A stretch of 64,000 bases of DNA, taken from assembly GCA_964291265.2 (NCBI GenBank), contig OZ219747.1, positions 2,496,001-2,560,000 on the forward strand. The letters are read 5' to 3'. The DNA is from Alphaproteobacteria bacterium (GTDB lineage Bacteria > Pseudomonadota > Alphaproteobacteria > SP197). Both the position numbers and the translations under genes were made by a program. This document shows, piece after piece, positions 59,336 to 64,000 of the stretch (positions are counted from its first letter, which is position 1; each line of letters begins with the position of its first letter). A model generated the notes under the pieces. The model searched no databases. It was not told the origin of the DNA and saw only the letters and a program-made list of their open reading frames with translations.

Positions 59336-62300
59336 AGGACTCTAGCCAAAATAAGTTGATTATTATGCCCGTGGCGTAAGGGTGTAGTTCCACTCGCCGT
59401 GGAACGGGTCTCTGCGGATAGCGAGGCCGTCCATCTGATCGTCGCTGACCTTGACCCCGAGCGGATAGCTGTTCTCGTCGAGGTCCGAGCGTATGGTGAG
59501 GCCGGCGCCGGTGGTGGTCGCGGCGATCAGCTCGACGATCACCTGGTGGCTGACGAGAGGCCGGCCGCGCCAGTTCTGGGTGATATGACAGAACATCCGG
59601 TGCTCGATCTTGTTCCACTTGCTGGTTCCGGGCGGGAAGTGGGCCACCGACACCTGCAACCCGAGTTCGTCGGCGAGGCGCTGCAGTTCCAGTTTCCACA
59701 GCCGGTTGCGGCTGCTGTTGGAGCCGCCGCCGTCGGCGGTGATCAGCAGGCGCCTGGCATCGGGATAGAGTAGCTGGCCCATCTGTCGCCACCAACGGCG
59801 CAGGGTCTCGACCGCAAACGCCGCCGTGTCGTGATCAATCCCGACGCTGACCCAGTCAGCATTGGCGGTGAGATCGTAGACCCCATAGGGGATCGCCTTG
59901 CCGAGCTCCGGATCGGGGAAGTCATGCACGTTGACGGCTTCAGGGTCGCCCTTGGGGCGCCATTCCCGGCCGCCATTGCGGTACTGGCCAACGATTTCCT
60001 TCTTCTTGGTGTCGACCGACACCACAGGCTGGCCCAGCCTCTGGAACGCGCGCACCCGGCGGTCAATGCGTCGGAACTGCGCATCCCGATCCGGATGCTG
60101 GCGGCCTTCCAACGTCTTGCGATTGGCCTGAAGGCTCATACCCCAGATCGTGGAGCAGCCGGTTCACCGTGCGCTCGCTGACACGATGGCCCTTGACCGC
60201 AAGACGGTCCGCCAGCCGTGCGGCACTGTGACACGTCCAGCGCAGCGGACTCTCCGGATCGCCGCGCGTCATCGGTTCAAGCTCGCACTCCAGCGCCGCC
60301 ACCAAACCAGGATCCACATCCGTCACCCGCTTGCGCCCGCCGCCGGGGCGACGCAAACGCCCTGAAGGAATCTCACTCGAAGACCCCGAGACCGCGTCCG
60401 ATCCGAGCTCCTTCAGCCCGGCGCGAACGGTGCTACGCGACATCCCCGTCGCCTCGGCCACTCGCTCAATGCCTCCGCGCCCGATGGCACGGGCCTCCGT
60501 CGCCGCCCACAGGCGCCGCGCACGTTCGTTCAGAAACGGACGCAACACCACAAATTTGGATCGTAGCGTATTGACAACAGGGCTTTTCTTTTGTCGTCCC
60601 GGCGCTCGGCGCACGCAGGATTCTGGGGGTGGACATCCCGTTTTCGCTGTGGCAGTGTGCCGGCATGACGACGCTTGCGACCCCAGATTCCCCTATCGAC
60701 CTTCGCGAGGTGACGGTGCGCCCGACCCGTGGCGCACGTGAGCACCGGCTCTGGGATCGTCTGGTCAAGGAGCATCACTACCTGCGGTTTCACGGCATCA
60801 TCGGCAAGGGCCTGCGCCATGTCGCCCTGCACGGCGAGACCTGGGTGGCGCTGGTCGGCTGGCAGCCGGGCGCGTTCAAGCTTGCTGCACGCGACCGCTG
60901 GATCGGCTGGACTGCGGAGCAGCAGTTCCGCCGCCTGCATCTGATCGCGAACAATTCCCGGTTCGTCATTCTTGGCCCGAGAGGGGTGCCGAACCTGGCG
61001 TCCCGCGTGCTCGGCCTGAGCCTTCGGCGGCTGTCCGCCGACATTGAGGCTGCGCACGGATACCCAGTGTTCCTCGCGGAGACGTTCGTCGACATCAAGC
61101 GCTTCGCCGGAACCTGCTATCGCGCGGCGAACTGGCGCTCGCTGGGCTTGACGCGCGGCTTCGGTCGCAAGCCCGGCGGCACCGCACGCTTCCGTCACCA
61201 CGGCCAGCCCAAGGAGATCTTCATGTACGAACTGACCGACGGCGCCGCCGAGGCGCTGAGCCGGGACGCGATCCCGGAGAGCTGGAACGCGGAGCAGCAC
61301 GACCAAGCCGGACCGATGGCCGCATCCGGGCTGCGCAGTCTGTTCGCCTGCCTGGGCGAGGTGCTCGAGTGCCGCAAGGCCCGGGGCAAGCGCTATCCGC
61401 TGAGAACCATTCTCGCGATCGCCGTCGCAGCCCGGCTCGCCGGCTACCGCGGCGTGAGCGCATTCGCTCAGTTCGCCGCCCTGCTCACCCAGGAACAGCT
61501 GGCGGCGGTGGGTGCGTTCTACAGCCCGTCGAAGAAGCGCTACACGGCGCCCACGTCCACAACCTTCCACAGCATCCTCGCCAACCTGCCGCCCGAGACC
61601 CTGGACCACGCCATCGGCCTGTGGACGGCCCAGCAGGCCGGTGCAGACACACCGCTCGCCATGGACGGCAAGGACATCCGCGGCGCCTCCAAGCAGACCA
61701 AAAACGGGCGGCGGATGATGGTCGCAGCGGTCGAGCACGGAACCGGCATGGTCCTCGGCCAGGTCGAGGTCGACGCGAAGAGCAACGAGATCCCCGCCGT
61801 GCGGGACCTCGCCAGCAGCATCGACGTCACGGGCCGCATCGTCACCCTGGACGCGATGCACGCTCAGCACGAGACCGCGCAACGGCTTCTCGAGCGCCGC
61901 GCCGATTATGTCATCACGGCGATCAAGGATAACCAGGAGACCATGCTCGACGACCTCAAGGCCATCGACTTCAAGGGCGCGGCTTCGTTCGAGACGCTCG
62001 ACAAGGGGCACGGACGCATCGAGCGCCGCCGCTGTGCCGTGGTCGACATCTCCGGCGCCGAGTGGGACGGCTACGCCGCTCTCCACGGTCGCCACCAAGC
62101 CATCCGCATCGAGCGCGAACGCGAGATCTGCAAGACCAAAGAACGCAGTGTCGAGACCACCTGGTGCCTCACCTCGCTCGCTCCCGAACGCGCCGGACCC
62201 GAGATGCTTCTGGCCCTCGTGCGCGACCACTGGGTCATCGAAAATCGACTCCACTACGTACGCGACTTCACCTACGACGAGGACCGCTGCAGGGTCCATG

Positions 62301-62725
62301 TGCGCCATCTGCCACGCAACCTCTCCTGCCTGACAAACGCCGCCATCGCCATCGTGCGCTGCGGCGGACATTTCGACTATATGCCCGAAGCCAACCGGCA
62401 CTACGCCGCTCGCGCCCAGGACGCGCTCGACGCTATCCTCATCCCGCCCGGCGGATGAACCTTCGCTCCTGACCCCGCGCCACAAGCCGGGAACGCGCCG
62501 CCTGACGGCGCAACAGGACAGTTCTGCTCGCACACTCGAAAAAACGTGCCTGCGAGCCCTGATGCACCAGCAGTGCCCACTGAAACCAGCCCACAGTGAA
62601 CCCGGGCGCCTCAACCATGCCGGTCCCTGTCACATCAACAATCCACAGGACTGAAAAAAGAATGGTCCTGGTATTGACAATCGCTTCCATGACGTCATTG
62701 ATAGCAGATTCTGAGAGGACACCTC
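59336..62725 (-). mobile_element. ISAzo13-family element, frameshifted and interrupted by ISAs1
   Basis: ATG at 62690 rejoins as MEAIVNTLRSKF...RGDPESPLRWT; frameshift near 60137; SVDTKKKE, ITADGGGSN, PPGTSKWNKIEHR, FHGEWNY. Ends approximate. Confidence 0.9.
60578..62670 (+). mobile_element. ISAs1-family element, copy 2 (DUF4338-transposase fusion 60665-62458)
   Basis: Near-identical to copy 1; 10-bp TSD GTATTGACAA at 60568-60577 and 62671-62680. Confidence 0.95.
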
Positions 62726-62728
62726 GAC

Positions 62729-63928
62729 ATGGGCACACGCAGAGGAAACGACGGCAACAACCATCTCCACGGCGGCGGCGGCAACGACAAGCTCTACGGC
62801 GGCGGCGGCGGCGACCATCTCTACGGCGGCGGCGGCAACAACAAGCTCTACGGCGGCGGCGGCCGCGACCATCTCTACGGCGGCGGCGGCAACAACAAGC
62901 TCTACGGCGGCGGCGGCCGCGACCATCTCTACGGCGGCGGCGGCAACAACAAGCTCTACGGCGGCGGCGGCGTTGACCACCTCTACGCCGGCGCCGGCGA
63001 CGACACGCTCGACGGCGGCGACGGCGATGACACGCTCTACGGCGGCGACGGCAACGACACGCTCTACGGCGGCGCTGGCAACGACGGGCTTTCTGGCGGC
63101 GCTGGCGACGACAGACTTTACGGCGGCGCTGGCAACGACGGGCTTTCTGGCGGCGCTGGCGACGACAGACTTTACGGCGGCGCTGGCAACGACGGGCTTT
63201 CTGGCGGCGCTGGCGACGACGGGCTTTCTGGCGGCGCTGGCGACGACAGACTTTACGGCGGCGCTGGCGACGACACGCTCCGGGGCGGCGACGGCAACGA
63301 CACGCTCCGGGGCGACGACGACTTCTTCGTGCGGATCTTCGGCGACGACAAGCTCTACGGCGGCGCTGGCGACGACAAGCTCTACGGCGGCGCTGGCGAC
63401 GACAAGCTCTACGGCGGCGCTGGCGACGACACGCTCTACGGCGACTACTTCTTCTTCGGCATTGTCAACGTGCGGATCTTCGGCGACGACAAGCTCTACG
63501 GCGGCGATGGCGACGACAAGCTCTACGGCGGCGCTGGCAACGACAGGCTCTACGGCGGCGCTGGCAACGACAGGCTCTACGGCGGCGACGGCAACGACAG
63601 GCTCTGGGGCGGCACGGACAACGACACGCTCTACGGCACCGACGGCCACGACCAGCTCCACGGCGGGAAGGGCAACGACACGCTCCGGGGCGGCACCGGC
63701 AACGACCGCTTCATCTTCAACGCCGAAAGCGACCACGACACCATCGAGGACTTCGGCGACGGCGACGATACCATCGTGTTCAAGCAGAAGCTGGCCTACG
63801 CCGACATCATCATCAAGGACCGCGCCGGCAACGCCGTCATCACCGGCCCGAACGATGACTGGTCCATCACGCTTGAAGGCGTGACCGCCTCGGATCTCAC
63901 CGAAAGCGACTTTGAGTTTCTGGGATAG
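62729..63928 (+). CDS. RTX repeat protein (almost pure GGxGxDxLY repeats plus C-terminal T1SS-type domain)
   Basis: About 30 nonapeptides; C-terminus ...LTESDFEFLG aligns with that of 29893-32520. Confidence 0.92.
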   Translation: MGTRRGNDGNNHLHGGGGNDKLYGGGGGDHLYGGGGNNKLYGGGGRDHLYGGGGNNKLYGGGGRDHLYGGGGNNKLYGGGGVDHLYAGAGDDTLDGGDGDDTLYGGDGNDTLYGGAGNDGLSGGAGDDRLYGGAGNDGLSGGAGDDRLYGGAGNDGLSGGAGDDGLSGGAGDDRLYGGAGDDTLRGGDGNDTLRGDDDFFVRIFGDDKLYGGAGDDKLYGGAGDDKLYGGAGDDTLYGDYFFFGIVNVRIFGDDKLYGGDGDDKLYGGAGNDRLYGGAGNDRLYGGDGNDRLWGGTDNDTLYGTDGHDQLHGGKGNDTLRGGTGNDRFIFNAESDHDTIEDFGDGDDTIVFKQKLAYADIIIKDRAGNAVITGPNDDWSITLEGVTASDLTESDFEFLG

Positions 63929-64000
63929 CTCGCGGCGTAGTCCTCGCTCGCAAGCTCGCATTGTCCCACCCCGCGAGCACCCTAACGAACCGGGCGAGAG

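Noticed and set aside
24280-62670. Complete Druantia defence system
   Set aside because: Only transposase-fused DUF4338 domains are present; no DruE helicase or other subunits.

Overview
GC-rich bacterial chromosome segment. The lptD-surA-rsmA, mutS-glnD and pepA-holC synteny points to an alphaproteobacterium. 1-24 kb is mostly housekeeping and amine-catabolism DNA: M24 peptidase, GNAT, class III aminotransferase, bfr/bfd, diaminopropionate ammonia-lyase, Rieske oxygenase, PuuD-like hydrolase, MATE, glnD, mutS, rsmA, surA, lptDGF, plus several decayed genes. About 31 kb separate lptF from its usual divergent neighbour pepA-holC. This interval holds an RTX gene, a segmental duplication and a nested stack of mobile elements whose junctions can be read to the base. 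A TRAP dctP gene is split by a DUF4338-IS4 element (36036-54369, 8-bp TSD). That element contains an ISAs1 (10-bp TSD) and a ~3.3-kb large-serine-recombinase element (7-bp core). The recombinase gene is split by a ~5.2-kb Mu/Tn7-like transposon (5-bp TSD) encoding a Zn-finger protein, DDE transposase, AAA ATPase, RepA-like helicase and Toprim primase. Its first gene is split in turn by a 5.3-kb IS21 (5-bp TSD) that also encodes a Toprim primase. The best candidate for an undescribed system is this pair of primase (+/- helicase)-carrying DDE transposons, together with a small-protein + GGTAACGTTACC palindrome module shared by the IS21 and the recombinase element. The right end holds a second IS cluster (IS1634, and ISAzo13 split by ISAs1) abutting a second RTX gene. 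No rRNA, tRNA or CRISPR array was seen. All family assignments come from motif recognition, not database searches.
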